This document shows positions 8,241-17,636 of a stretch of DNA of 54,107 nt, in pieces. The number at the start of each line of letters is the position of its first letter. Positions within the stretch are counted from its first letter, which is position 1. Location: positions 1 through 54,107 of the IMG/VR virus record IMGVR_UViG_3300009422_000007; one strand, written 5' to 3'. Below the pieces are notes generated by a model. It made no database searches and had not been told where the DNA came from. It worked only from the letters and a program-made list of their open reading frames with translations. The DNA comes from a virus (lineage: Duplodnaviria; Caudoviricetes). A program made the position numbers and the translations under genes.

Positions 8241-8873
8241 ATGGATTTTGTTTTTATCAATCCAAGTGAAGTTGCAACAAGATTTTTTCCTTTGTTTGAA
8301 AGAACACTTACATTTGGTGTAAAACTAACAGAAGATTTTGTTCCTCAATACGATACAAGTATTGTAACTGATATCCCATTACTTGATGAAGGCTTCAATG
8401 GAGGCTTTGATTCTATTGCATGGGATAGAGATGGTGTACAATTACAACAGGCTAAAAAATATCCTAAATTTAAGTTAGAAGATTATCAAGACAAAGAAGT
8501 ACCTAATGGTGTTATTTTAATTGATATGATTTGTCATCATAGAATATATGCAGTAACTAGCCAATGGATTAGAGAAGATAACAAATGGTCATTACAACGT
8601 AATGCAGATGTTAATGATGACAAAGATAATTACAAGAAACGTGCTATCGAAGAAATAGAAGCAAGACATTTGCATGGAACAGTACAAACATATCTATACC
8701 CAGATGGTACTGTTAAGTTCAAAATGCATCCAATTGATATGGCTTATATGGTTAGTAAAAATATTGTTAGTAGGCATTGGATTTCAATATATCCTACATT
8801 AGTTGCTCAAAGACATAATGAAGCAGTAAGTACAGCAATATTTAATAATTGGATTGAAAAAACTGCTATCTAG
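8241..8873 (+). CDS. hypothetical protein
   Basis: 210 aa ORF with GGAG RBS. Confidence 0.7.
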   Translation: MDFVFINPSEVATRFFPLFERTLTFGVKLTEDFVPQYDTSIVTDIPLLDEGFNGGFDSIAWDRDGVQLQQAKKYPKFKLEDYQDKEVPNGVILIDMICHHRIYAVTSQWIREDNKWSLQRNADVNDDKDNYKKRAIEEIEARHLHGTVQTYLYPDGTVKFKMHPIDMAYMVSKNIVSRHWISIYPTLVAQRHNEAVSTAIFNNWIEKTAI

Positions 8874-9327
8874 TATACGTTTTGTAACTACCAAATAGTA
8901 AATCCCAAATAGGAATAAACAGTCCATAGTTTTTAAATGGCGATACATGATGTACTAAATGCCATTTGCCTGATGTAAGTACAGGATACCAAGTAAACTT
9001 AGGATTGTGTTCTATTACTTCTTGCAAGAATGCCGCCCAAAAATAGTATGCAATACTAACCCACCATGCACCAGTTATATAACTAAAGATTAAAGTAGGA
9101 ATAACTTCTGTGATCCAGAGATCTAAAGTTGATAGCCATGTGTCATTAAACAGAAAACAATTATTCCAATGCCAGGATGTTCCGCCTGTAATGTTAATGT
9201 ACTTGTGGTGGTCGTTATGTGCTTTAAAAGACACAGGAAACCATCTGCGACCGTGTACATGTACAGTTCTGTGTACAATGTAAAGCAGTAAAGTCCATAG
9301 TAAAAATGTTAATATATAATGCATCAT
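8866..9327 (-). CDS. fatty acid hydroxylase / sterol desaturase family protein
   Basis: His boxes YIVHRTVH, HNDHH, EH, HLVHH; C-terminal NYGLF..IWD.LFGS; hydrophobic segments. Confidence 0.85.
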   Translation of the reverse strand: MMHYILTFLLWTLLLYIVHRTVHVHGRRWFPVSFKAHNDHHKYINITGGTSWHWNNCFLFNDTWLSTLDLWITEVIPTLIFSYITGAWWVSIAYYFWAAFLQEVIEHNPKFTWYPVLTSGKWHLVHHVSPFKNYGLFIPIWDLLFGSYKTYTR

Positions 9328-9378
9328 CAATACTATTTATTAGGATAAGCAAATAAGATAATTCCGATAAATAATAGT

Positions 9379-9939
9379 ATGGAAGAGATATACTACCAAA
9401 AAGTAGACATACCAAATATTGCACAATTACAGAAAGATCTTGACGAATCTCTTACCAAGCATAATATTAATGAGATGTGTAGAATTAAAGATAGTAAGTA
9501 TGACTTCTACGAGCAAATATATAGATTCAAACTATTGAATAAACATCCTGTTTGGGACGGCTTAATGTTAAAAGACGGGATTTTCTTTTTTCTTGAAAAG
9601 AATACAATACAAGGTGTACATGTTGATGGCTTTCGTGCTGATAGAAAAGATGCATCTGATATGGCACTTAACATACCAATTCGTAATTGCGGTATTGGTA
9701 GTATGGATTGGTACGGTGGTCCAAAATATACATTAGAAGAAAAAACTGTGGCGGAAAGCCGTAGAACAAAATATCTTAAACTTAATTGGGAAAGTAAACC
9801 TGAGGTTGTTGCATCTGTAACTATTGACACTCCTCATTTAGTTAGAATTGACAGACCGCATCAAGCAAAAAACTTATGCCCAGACAAACCTAGAGTAATG
9901 CTTTCCATTCGATTTACGCCAGATTTAAAATGGCTATAG
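9379..9939 (+). CDS. putative Fe(II)/2OG-dependent oxygenase (DSBH fold), paralogue A
   Basis: HVD...ALNIPI...PHQA...PRVMLSIRF (HxD...H...R.x.S pattern). Confidence 0.7.
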   Translation: MEEIYYQKVDIPNIAQLQKDLDESLTKHNINEMCRIKDSKYDFYEQIYRFKLLNKHPVWDGLMLKDGIFFFLEKNTIQGVHVDGFRADRKDASDMALNIPIRNCGIGSMDWYGGPKYTLEEKTVAESRRTKYLKLNWESKPEVVASVTIDTPHLVRIDRPHQAKNLCPDKPRVMLSIRFTPDLKWL

Positions 9940-9993
9940 TATAACATATATTTATTTGGTTAGACGTTTTTAGCCTTTCCAATAAATAGTAGT

Positions 9994-10575
9994 ATGGAAA
10001 AACTTTTTCAAAAAATTGACGATATTCCTAATATTGCAGACTTAGTGTTTAGAATTAATAAGTCGTTGTATATGCATAAAATTAATAAAACATTAACAAT
10101 TCAATCACCCGAATATAACTTTTATGAAATGATAGATGAATTTATAAAGGCAAATCCGCATCCAGTTTGGAATGGTTTAAGTTTGAAGTCTGGGTTAATT
10201 TTTGTGTTAGGTAAAGATAAGGCACAAGGCCTACATATTGATGGTTTTAGAGCAGACAGATCAGGTGCATCAAATTATGCATTAAATATTCCAATTCGTA
10301 ATACTGGTATTGGTAGTATGGATTGGTACGGAGAATCTCCGTACAGATTAGAGGTTCAAAAAATAGTAGATGCAACTGTAATAGGAAGAAAAACAAACTC
10401 TAACAAATATTTAAAACTTGAATGGGACGGAGAGCCAAAACTAATTGCGTCTGTAACTATTAAGGATCCTCACTTAGTTAGGATTGATGTTCCACATCAA
10501 GCAATTAACTTATGCAAGGAAAATCCTAGAGTAATGCTTTCTATTAGATTTAAACCGGACTTAAAATGGCTATAG
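9994..10575 (+). CDS. putative Fe(II)/2OG-dependent oxygenase, paralogue B
   Basis: HID...ALNIPI...PHQA...PRVMLSIRF; clear tandem paralogue of 9379..9939. Confidence 0.7.
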   Translation: MEKLFQKIDDIPNIADLVFRINKSLYMHKINKTLTIQSPEYNFYEMIDEFIKANPHPVWNGLSLKSGLIFVLGKDKAQGLHIDGFRADRSGASNYALNIPIRNTGIGSMDWYGESPYRLEVQKIVDATVIGRKTNSNKYLKLEWDGEPKLIASVTIKDPHLVRIDVPHQAINLCKENPRVMLSIRFKPDLKWL

Positions 10576-10601
10576 TATAACATATCATAGAAGGAGTTAA
10601 A

Positions 10602-11582
10602 ATGATATCATTAAAATTAAGCGATGCATCAGAAGAGATACCTGTTGCTAACTCTTTACATAGAAGAGCCCCTTTTATGAAAAGCACATTACAACCTCGA
10701 GAACCTTATCCAAGTTTAATTAAATTAGAATTAACTGAAACTGATACAGACTTATTAATCAAAGATACTTTAGAGGCTTTAGATAATGTAGGTATGTTTG
10801 GATATAGATTAAGAGGTAAAAGACCAGATGGATCATTAAAAAGTGATACTGGTTACTTAGGAATGGGTTTAACCTACAATCCTTTACACATTGATGGAAT
10901 TGAAACAGATCCACATGAGCAAGTACAAGGAAATCACTTTAAACATATTAAACAAGAATTTGGTGCAAAGTCAGGCGATGGTCGCGTTAGCCCTTATAGC
11001 AGAATGGACCAATCAGAGGCTAGAACATTAGCAGTAAGAAAAGATACACATTATGATACCTATAGTATGGCTTTTCGTACAGAAGGTAGTAAACACGGAT
11101 ACTTAGGAACGTTCTTAGATAGTTTAAAAAGAAGCATGGTTAGATCAAGTCTTCGCATAATCTCTTCTCATGGTTCTACTCAAGCAATGGGTCAAAAAGG
11201 AGCAGAACGTGCAGTACAAAAGCCAGGTGTTGCTTGGCACACAGACGAAATGATGTTTAACAATTTAAGAATCAATATTGCTATTAAAACATCTAAAGAG
11301 TTTGTACTAGAGCAACAAACAAACGTAGGAAAATTAATTCACTTAGAAGCTCCATATGCATATAGCTGGGACACAGGTATTCCTCATCGTGCTTATTGTT
11401 CAGAGAAACCAGAAGAGCCTTTTTTCCGTACACATATTATGTTAGGTGTTGCTCCGTGGTTTGACTTTAATGAAGAAACACAAACTTGGACACAAAACGA
11501 ATTCTATCAAAAAAAGCATCCTTGGGACATGCTATGTGATGGTGATATTATCCCTGGAGCAAAACTGGTAGTACAAGACTAG
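10602..11582 (+). CDS. putative Fe(II)/2OG oxygenase (Asp/Asn beta-hydroxylase-like C-terminal domain)
   Basis: WHTDE...LRINI...WDTGIPHRA...RTHIM; AAGGAG RBS. Confidence 0.65.
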   Translation: MISLKLSDASEEIPVANSLHRRAPFMKSTLQPREPYPSLIKLELTETDTDLLIKDTLEALDNVGMFGYRLRGKRPDGSLKSDTGYLGMGLTYNPLHIDGIETDPHEQVQGNHFKHIKQEFGAKSGDGRVSPYSRMDQSEARTLAVRKDTHYDTYSMAFRTEGSKHGYLGTFLDSLKRSMVRSSLRIISSHGSTQAMGQKGAERAVQKPGVAWHTDEMMFNNLRINIAIKTSKEFVLEQQTNVGKLIHLEAPYAYSWDTGIPHRAYCSEKPEEPFFRTHIMLGVAPWFDFNEETQTWTQNEFYQKKHPWDMLCDGDIIPGAKLVVQD

Positions 11583-11618
11583 TTTACTATATTAAATAGA
11601 TATAATAAGGAATAACAC

Positions 11619-12248
11619 ATGGAACAACATTGGATTGCTTTAGCCACTACTGCTGAAAATGAGATACTTGCCTGGCATACAAATCTAAATATTCTCGAAT
11701 CAGCTTGTGCTGGAGACTTTCGTGCTATATGTAAAGTATTTGGTGTTAGTGCTGATGAGTATGCAAAACTTAAACAAGGTAAACTTAACTATAAACTACA
11801 ATACTCTAGCCCAAGAGATACTCATTTTGTAGAAGATACTACACGTTCTGAAGAAATTACTATTGTAGGTCAGTTACTACAAGGTAGAGTAAGTTTAACA
11901 TTAGAATTACATCAACGTTTAGAACACGGATATAAAAGATTTGAACCTGTTGTTCCTTGGCAAGCAAAAGCATACCAGTTAAAAGAAGAACAAGCAAGAC
12001 GAGCTCTTGCTGGAGATACAAATGATATTGAATTTATTAAAGACGAACAGGCTATTAGAAAACTTCCAATAGAAACTATTTGTAATTTAATCATTGCTAA
12101 AGCAGACAATGATAGATATCAAATACGAAAGTTAGAAAGAATTCGTATTAAAACACAAAAAGCAATCCGTAAACTACAGACAAGAGAGGATGTTAGTGAG
12201 ATTAGAGCTACTTTAGCAGAAGAATCTTTCCTAAGCATGTTGATGTAA
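11619..12248 (+). CDS. hypothetical protein; C-terminal half resembles helical tail-fibre-assembly-like phage proteins
   Basis: Q..AY..KEEQA...LA......I.DE...R.......II.KA........LE..R pattern; TAAATA 11593-11598 and AAGGA RBS. Confidence 0.55.
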   Translation: MEQHWIALATTAENEILAWHTNLNILESACAGDFRAICKVFGVSADEYAKLKQGKLNYKLQYSSPRDTHFVEDTTRSEEITIVGQLLQGRVSLTLELHQRLEHGYKRFEPVVPWQAKAYQLKEEQARRALAGDTNDIEFIKDEQAIRKLPIETICNLIIAKADNDRYQIRKLERIRIKTQKAIRKLQTREDVSEIRATLAEESFLSMLM

Positions 12249-13315
12249 TGAAAAATTTAATATACTATATTCCACAAAGAATACTAAACTCTGATAAAGG
12301 AAGAGACATTAATAATGTACAACGTGACTTTTTAGGTATGTTTAATCCTTGGATTAGTTTAAGTGATAGAACAGGTACATTAGACTTAGGAATTAATGTA
12401 TATAATAATAGTCCTATTCCTAAAAATACACATGCTGAAACTTTTGAGTCTTGTTCAGTTGGTAGAACAACAAGTATTATTAAAGATTTCTTATTTAACT
12501 TAGAGTCTGAAATTAAACAAAAGTTAGTTATTATGTACTCAGGTGGTATTGATAGCACTTTAATTGTATGTATGTTGATTTCAAGTCCTTATTGGGAACA
12601 AATTAAAGACCATGTACTACTAGCATTTAACGAAGATAGTCAACTTGAGAATCCTGTGTTCTTTAATCAAATTATATTAAAATCATTTGGACATTGTTTA
12701 ATTAGCAGTAATAACTTTTATGATATTGTTAGTAATCCTGATTATACTGTAGTAACAGGCGAATGTGCTGATAACTTATTTGGAAGTTTAACAGTTAAAA
12801 GTTATATGGATTCAACAGGTGATTTTGATTGTTTACATAAAGACTGGGAAACAGGTAGTTTAGATTGGTTACTAGATAAATCAAATAAAGAAACCAGAGA
12901 TGTTCGTGAACAAATGTTATATGACTTAGTTAATGCAAGTCCTATAGACATTGCTAGTAATCATGAGTTTTTGTGGTGGATTAACTTTTCAATGAAATGG
13001 CAAGCAGTAAAGTATCGTATGTGTATGCATGGTCCTACAGCAAATCATGTAATTGGTATGTGTAACAACGTTATTAACTTCTTTGATACAGAAGAATATC
13101 AAGTATGGGCTTTATATACAACAGAATCAAAACTAGGCGATACATGGGCTAGTTATAAACTTCCTGCAAAAAGACTTATTAACGATGTATGGGAAAATCC
13201 TAATTATCTTATTAGTAAAACAAAGTGGCCTAGTTTGCCAACTATTACTCGTTACAATAATGCATGGGGTTACTTATACGAAGAGGATGGTGAGTTGACT
13301 GTTTCTAAAAATTAA
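12248..13315 (+). CDS. PP-loop ATP pyrophosphatase, asparagine-synthetase-like (no glutaminase domain)
   Basis: MYSGGIDST PP-loop, VTGECADNLFG (AsnB SGEGADELFG-like), YKLPAK. Confidence 0.8.
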   Translation: MKNLIYYIPQRILNSDKGRDINNVQRDFLGMFNPWISLSDRTGTLDLGINVYNNSPIPKNTHAETFESCSVGRTTSIIKDFLFNLESEIKQKLVIMYSGGIDSTLIVCMLISSPYWEQIKDHVLLAFNEDSQLENPVFFNQIILKSFGHCLISSNNFYDIVSNPDYTVVTGECADNLFGSLTVKSYMDSTGDFDCLHKDWETGSLDWLLDKSNKETRDVREQMLYDLVNASPIDIASNHEFLWWINFSMKWQAVKYRMCMHGPTANHVIGMCNNVINFFDTEEYQVWALYTTESKLGDTWASYKLPAKRLINDVWENPNYLISKTKWPSLPTITRYNNAWGYLYEEDGELTVSKN

Positions 13316-13320
13316 TGACT

Positions 13321-14127
13321 TCATATACTCCCAAATATTGATTTTTTAGCAGTTGGTTTATGTTTAATCTTTTGTTTAAATTCTTCTGTAAAGACTCCAT
13401 CAACTCTAATACTAAAAGCAGAGTAAGGACTTGTATCACTTCCGTGATAGTTAGCAGTATCAAACCATGCTACTTGGCTCTTAATATAATGTCTTGTATC
13501 ACTATCCTTGTCTTCTACAAAGAAAGACTTACGATCCATAAACATGTTAATCCAAATAAACTCATCTGGATCTGTGACCCTATTTAAAGGATTATGATCT
13601 CTATGTGTTATACATTGCTGATCCTGGTCATTATAAAATATTAAAGTTCTACCAATCTCGCTAAAGATGTTCTGTTCATCTACCCAATCCATAAAAAACT
13701 TAAAGTTCTCATAAAAGGGTCCTTCTTTATTGTTTTTTGCTAAGTGCTTATCTGCATAGTCTTTTGTAATAGGTTGCTTTATAAACATATTGTAACCAAT
13801 GCCTTGTGCTTCAGTTACTAACTTTACAAACGTTAATGCATAACTAGGTTTACCTGTTGCTAAGTATTCATGCACTTGCTCATGTCCAGGTGCAGTATTA
13901 TCTTCAGCAATTCTTTTTAATGCAGTAGATAGTTCTTCTCCTGGATTCTCTTCTGGCCAGTTTAGTCCAGCACCGGCTACAGCAGGAAGTACTTGACAAC
14001 CTATTTTTAATCCTAACCATGAGTCAGCAAAAGCCTTACATAGTTTTATTTTTAATTTATTAAGCCCTTCAATATCAATGTATTTGTCTAAGTTAACGTA
14101 AGGCTTTCCATTAATTTTGTATATCAT
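13321..14127 (-). CDS. putative Fe(II)/2OG oxygenase-like protein
   Basis: IGR.LIF...HRD...EFIW...K.F...WFD..NYHG...FSIRVDG. Confidence 0.6.
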   Translation of the reverse strand: MIYKINGKPYVNLDKYIDIEGLNKLKIKLCKAFADSWLGLKIGCQVLPAVAGAGLNWPEENPGEELSTALKRIAEDNTAPGHEQVHEYLATGKPSYALTFVKLVTEAQGIGYNMFIKQPITKDYADKHLAKNNKEGPFYENFKFFMDWVDEQNIFSEIGRTLIFYNDQDQQCITHRDHNPLNRVTDPDEFIWINMFMDRKSFFVEDKDSDTRHYIKSQVAWFDTANYHGSDTSPYSAFSIRVDGVFTEEFKQKIKHKPTAKKSIFGSI

Positions 14128-14980
14128 TCAGACCAAATTTTTCTACAATCTCTTGCATCTCTCGTTTACTAATACCAAAGTTATTGCCTATCTCATCAAT
14201 CCTTTTAATATCAATTTCTCTAAACATAAGAGATTTAACAAATACAAGTTCTTGTTTACTGAGCTTTACAGATTGTTCTTGATAATCTTCAAAAGCCTCA
14301 CATGCAACAGGAAACTTTTCTTTTACCATATCATACATTGCTCTAGCATATTCTTGTATTTCCCATTGTGCATGGCTATCCATTCGTAGTCTAGCATAAT
14401 GTAAAAAGTTTTTAAGATTAGATTTCCAGTAACATTCTGTATATCCGCCTACTGGAAGAACTTGCCTCGCAGTTTCTCTAGCCAAGTTAAGGTTATCGGA
14501 ATGTTCTGTGTAGAGGGAGTAATCACGATCCCATGACTCGTTAATATCGTCACTGATTCGTCTTTTTGTTTCTTCGTCAAGCTCTCCTTCTCTACCTTGC
14601 TTATTGGTTGCACTTTGTGGCTTGATGTTCTCTGAGTTGGGTACATATACTTCGTCTGTAAGTACCGAGTAGCGAGCCGAATATTCATTTAATGATGCCG
14701 TCCTATGTCTGACTAATTGCCTCATTACAAAAATAGGCAGTTTAATGTGAAACTTTACTTCGCACATCTCGAATGGCGTAGTGTGTTCATGTCGCATTAG
14801 ATAACGTATTAATGCTCTATCACTACTAGCCTTTTTAGTACCATCTCCGTAACTTACCCGGGCGGCTTGTACAATAGAGTTATCTGTGCCCATATAGTCA
14901 ACTAGGCCAATAAATCCTTTATCTAATACTTGTTTGTAATTCGGGTCTTTATTAAAATCTATCTCCGAACATAATGTCAT
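14111..14980 (-). CDS. thyX: flavin-dependent thymidylate synthase ThyX
   Basis: AARVSY, HTTPFE, RQLVRHRTASLNEYSARY ThyX motif, LR.DSHAQWEI. Likely start is ATG 14980 (AAGGA RBS, ATGA overlap). Confidence 0.97.
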   Translation of the reverse strand: MTLCSEIDFNKDPNYKQVLDKGFIGLVDYMGTDNSIVQAARVSYGDGTKKASSDRALIRYLMRHEHTTPFEMCEVKFHIKLPIFVMRQLVRHRTASLNEYSARYSVLTDEVYVPNSENIKPQSATNKQGREGELDEETKRRISDDINESWDRDYSLYTEHSDNLNLARETARQVLPVGGYTECYWKSNLKNFLHYARLRMDSHAQWEIQEYARAMYDMVKEKFPVACEAFEDYQEQSVKLSKQELVFVKSLMFREIDIKRIDEIGNNFGISKREMQEIVEKFGLNDIQN

Positions 14981-15888
14981 ACTGTTTCCTTTACTTCTGT
15001 TTGTCTTTCTATTATAGCACGTTTTCTGTTTCCCCACAACCTTTTTATTTCCGAAAGTGGAGCAAACGGCAACATTATAAGTAAACATGCATCAAACTCG
15101 TGCCATCTTCCACTTACACTTGCACCAAAATCAAAACTACTTGCTTCTCTGTGATGATTGTTATGCCAACCACTTCCAAAATGAAAGTATCCAATTGGCC
15201 AACAATTGGTACTGCAATCATTATTATTAAAGTTTTGATACCCAGATGCAGGAACGTGTCCAAATGTATTAACTAGCCCGTCCATATGTAAACTAGATAA
15301 TGCACCCATAATCCAAAACCAAAATGTAAACTGCCATCCAAATACTAGTGTACTAGCAAGTAATGTTATGAATATAATTTTGTTATAATGATTATGTAAA
15401 AATACAATTTTCTTATCTCTTAATAAATCAACAGCATAACGGAAACTTACAGTATCTTGTTTAATGCCAAACTGCCAACCCATGTAACTATGCCACCAGC
15501 CATTTTCTACTGGAGTGTGTATGTCTTTGCCTGGCTGATCACTAACTTTATGATGATGTCCTCTATGTAAAGATGCCCACCATAACGGGCTTCCTTCTCC
15601 TACCATAACTGCCAGCCAGTATAAGATAGGCTTCATCCATTCTCGTGGCTTCCACGACTTGTGACTTAGTAGCCTATGTAACGTTAAGTTATTTCCAATT
15701 CCATCTAGTGTAATCCATCCACATATCATTGCAACTAAATACCACCACTCCCAACCTGTATAAATTAAGTAAGGTATTAATGTAACAGCCGCTATATGAT
15801 ACGGAAACCATATTGCTACTATAAAAGGTATTTGCTTTGTTTTTTTATATAGGTCTACCTGTCCTTGAATCCAAGTACTAATCGCCAT
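14977..15888 (-). CDS. membrane acyl-CoA/acyl-lipid (delta-9 type) desaturase
   Basis: Three His boxes HRLLSH, HRGHH, GWHNNHH; WW.S.MGW; VN..GH. Confidence 0.9.
   Translation of the reverse strand: MAISTWIQGQVDLYKKTKQIPFIVAIWFPYHIAAVTLIPYLIYTGWEWWYLVAMICGWITLDGIGNNLTLHRLLSHKSWKPREWMKPILYWLAVMVGEGSPLWWASLHRGHHHKVSDQPGKDIHTPVENGWWHSYMGWQFGIKQDTVSFRYAVDLLRDKKIVFLHNHYNKIIFITLLASTLVFGWQFTFWFWIMGALSSLHMDGLVNTFGHVPASGYQNFNNNDCSTNCWPIGYFHFGSGWHNNHHREASSFDFGASVSGRWHEFDACLLIMLPFAPLSEIKRLWGNRKRAIIERQTEVKETV
15011..15039 (-). promoter_or_regulatory. internal sigma70-type promoter for thyX
   Basis: Minus strand TTGTGG-N17-TATAAT with extended TG, inside the desaturase 3' end, 30 nt upstream of the thyX ATG. 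Confidence 0.55.
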
Positions 15889-16531
15889 TTATTCTCCTAT
15901 TATTTCTGACCGCTTTGCCTCCCTCTGAGGGTGCTTCTGTGTCAGTTCTTCGTAGTATATATCTTCTAAAATTCATAGCATGTGGATGTAGTGTTCTTCC
16001 TAGCAATTCGTTAATTAAACTATAATGCGTTAAGGTTTTAGCAGGAATTGTCATCTCAACAAATGTATAATATCGCTCTCTAAGGAACAACATAATACGA
16101 CTATAAGGATCTTCTCTATCTTCTGGATAAGTTAAAAAGAACTCGTTTAATCCCATTTCTTCATGTACTTTGCATAGCTGAGTAACAATCTCTCTAAACA
16201 TAGGAACAAATCTTGTACCCATAGAAGGCGATAGTATCCAAGCAAAACACCAACTTGGTGCATGCGGTAAACGCCTAACTCCTACTGCTGAAATTAAATT
16301 ATCATCTTTAAATACTCCCCAACAAGCACGTTGGCTAAAGTTTTTAAACTTATTAGGGTCTAGCATAAACATACTAAAGAACTTTTCTCGTTCTTTAACT
16401 TGATCAATGTCAAAGCCTACTCTAAAGTCTGGATACTTGCTAGGATCTACTCCATCGTAGATAGTATCAGCAAGCTCTAATACTGTAGTTAGATCGTTAT
16501 GATCAAACTGTTTTAGTTTATATGCTGGCAT
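15878..16531 (-). CDS. hypothetical protein, possible GNAT-fold acyltransferase
   Basis: CWGVFKDDNLISAVG beta-hairpin followed by W....ILSP and G.NEFF. The fold call is inference. Confidence 0.45.
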   Translation of the reverse strand: MPAYKLKQFDHNDLTTVLELADTIYDGVDPSKYPDFRVGFDIDQVKEREKFFSMFMLDPNKFKNFSQRACWGVFKDDNLISAVGVRRLPHAPSWCFAWILSPSMGTRFVPMFREIVTQLCKVHEEMGLNEFFLTYPEDREDPYSRIMLFLRERYYTFVEMTIPAKTLTHYSLINELLGRTLHPHAMNFRRYILRRTDTEAPSEGGKAVRNNRRINGD

Positions 16532-17460
16532 ATTGTTTCTTTTCCTTGTTCTAAATTGTTCTTTAATAAGTTTGCTGATACAGTATAATCTACTGGAGAA
16601 AAACTATCTAAGGAAGGATGTCTGTTTTCTTCTACATAATCCCATAAGTGCATATAGTTTTCCATACCGTGATACTTGGGCCTTCTTCTAAACTTAAAAC
16701 CAGCTTCAGAATATATATTCATCTTACTACTAGTCCAACCATATTTGTATTCAAAGTTATTTGTTATTAATAAACTTGCAGTTGGTATATTTAAAAATGC
16801 AAGCATAGACTCTGGTGTATAAGTGTAAAAGTTATTTAATGCTACTTGTCCTGTTTTATCTGAGAACCTTCTCCATACTCCGTCTTGATCTTCTTTCTTT
16901 AAGAAAACCCAATCCCAGACTATTTCACCTGTTTCATAATTTACTGTTGGCTTTTTCTCTAACTCAACTTCATCTACTGACAGCATAGGTTGTTTAAAAT
17001 CTTCAACAACCTTCATTAGTATTTGTTGATAAAAAGTATAAGACTGATACTTCTCTGCAATTTCTAAATACTCTCCACTTAAACAAAACTCTTCTGGGTC
17101 AAACTCTATAACCTCTACTGTCTCGTTAAATTCTGATTTCATCATTTCTATCATAGGTCCAATATCATACATATTAGATTCATCTTTAAATTTAACTGTT
17201 ACTAGTCTAGGTTTAATACCTGCGGCTTTAAAACTGCGAAATGCTACTTCACTATCTAACCCACCACTCATAAAAAGTGTTAAGTCTGGATGCTGATCAA
17301 ATATCATTTGAGCATTTCTTCTCCATTCTATTTTTGCACTAAAGACTGGCCTAGTACAACCACCAATAGACATACTAGTAATATCAGACTCATGTGTTCT
17401 CCAGATAGAATCCTTATCATCATTGTACCAAAATTTTAGATGATTGTTAAACGTGTTCAT
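16513..17460 (-). CDS. PP-loop (adenine nucleotide alpha hydrolase) protein
   Basis: LFMSGGLDSE PP-loop; N..DI; K..IY...F..R.KYHG.E. Confidence 0.75.
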   Translation of the reverse strand: MNTFNNHLKFWYNDDKDSIWRTHESDITSMSIGGCTRPVFSAKIEWRRNAQMIFDQHPDLTLFMSGGLDSEVAFRSFKAAGIKPRLVTVKFKDESNMYDIGPMIEMMKSEFNETVEVIEFDPEEFCLSGEYLEIAEKYQSYTFYQQILMKVVEDFKQPMLSVDEVELEKKPTVNYETGEIVWDWVFLKKEDQDGVWRRFSDKTGQVALNNFYTYTPESMLAFLNIPTASLLITNNFEYKYGWTSSKMNIYSEAGFKFRRRPKYHGMENYMHLWDYVEENRHPSLDSFSPVDYTVSANLLKNNLEQGKETICQHIN

Positions 17461-17636
17461 TTAAAATTAAACTCCATTTGTTCTTCTTCTTCATAATTCT
17501 CACCATGTACTGTAAAGTCTAGTGCATTAATATCTGCATCATGCTCTGCTACTCTAAATTCTAAAGCCTTAATTCTAGTATACAGTTCATCAATCAATAC
17601 TGAGGAAACATATGTGTATCCATTAACTGTAGTCAT
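17457..17636 (-). CDS. 59 aa acidic protein (not in ORF track)
   Basis: Hand translation MTTVNGYTYVSSVLIDELYTRIKALEFRVAEHDADINALDFTVHGENYEEEEQMEFNFK*; AAGGA RBS; exactly fills the operon gap with an ATGA overlap. Confidence 0.75.
   Translation of the reverse strand: MTTVNGYTYVSSVLIDELYTRIKALEFRVAEHDADINALDFTVHGENYEEEEQMEFNFK

Noticed and set aside
12248-13315. Canonical lasso peptide cluster
   Set aside because: An AsnB-like enzyme is present, but no transglutaminase-like B2 protease, RRE or typical precursor is visible nearby.
14981-15088. N-terminal extension of ThyX in the ORF track
   Set aside because: Overlaps the desaturase; RBS and ATGA coupling point to ATG 14980.
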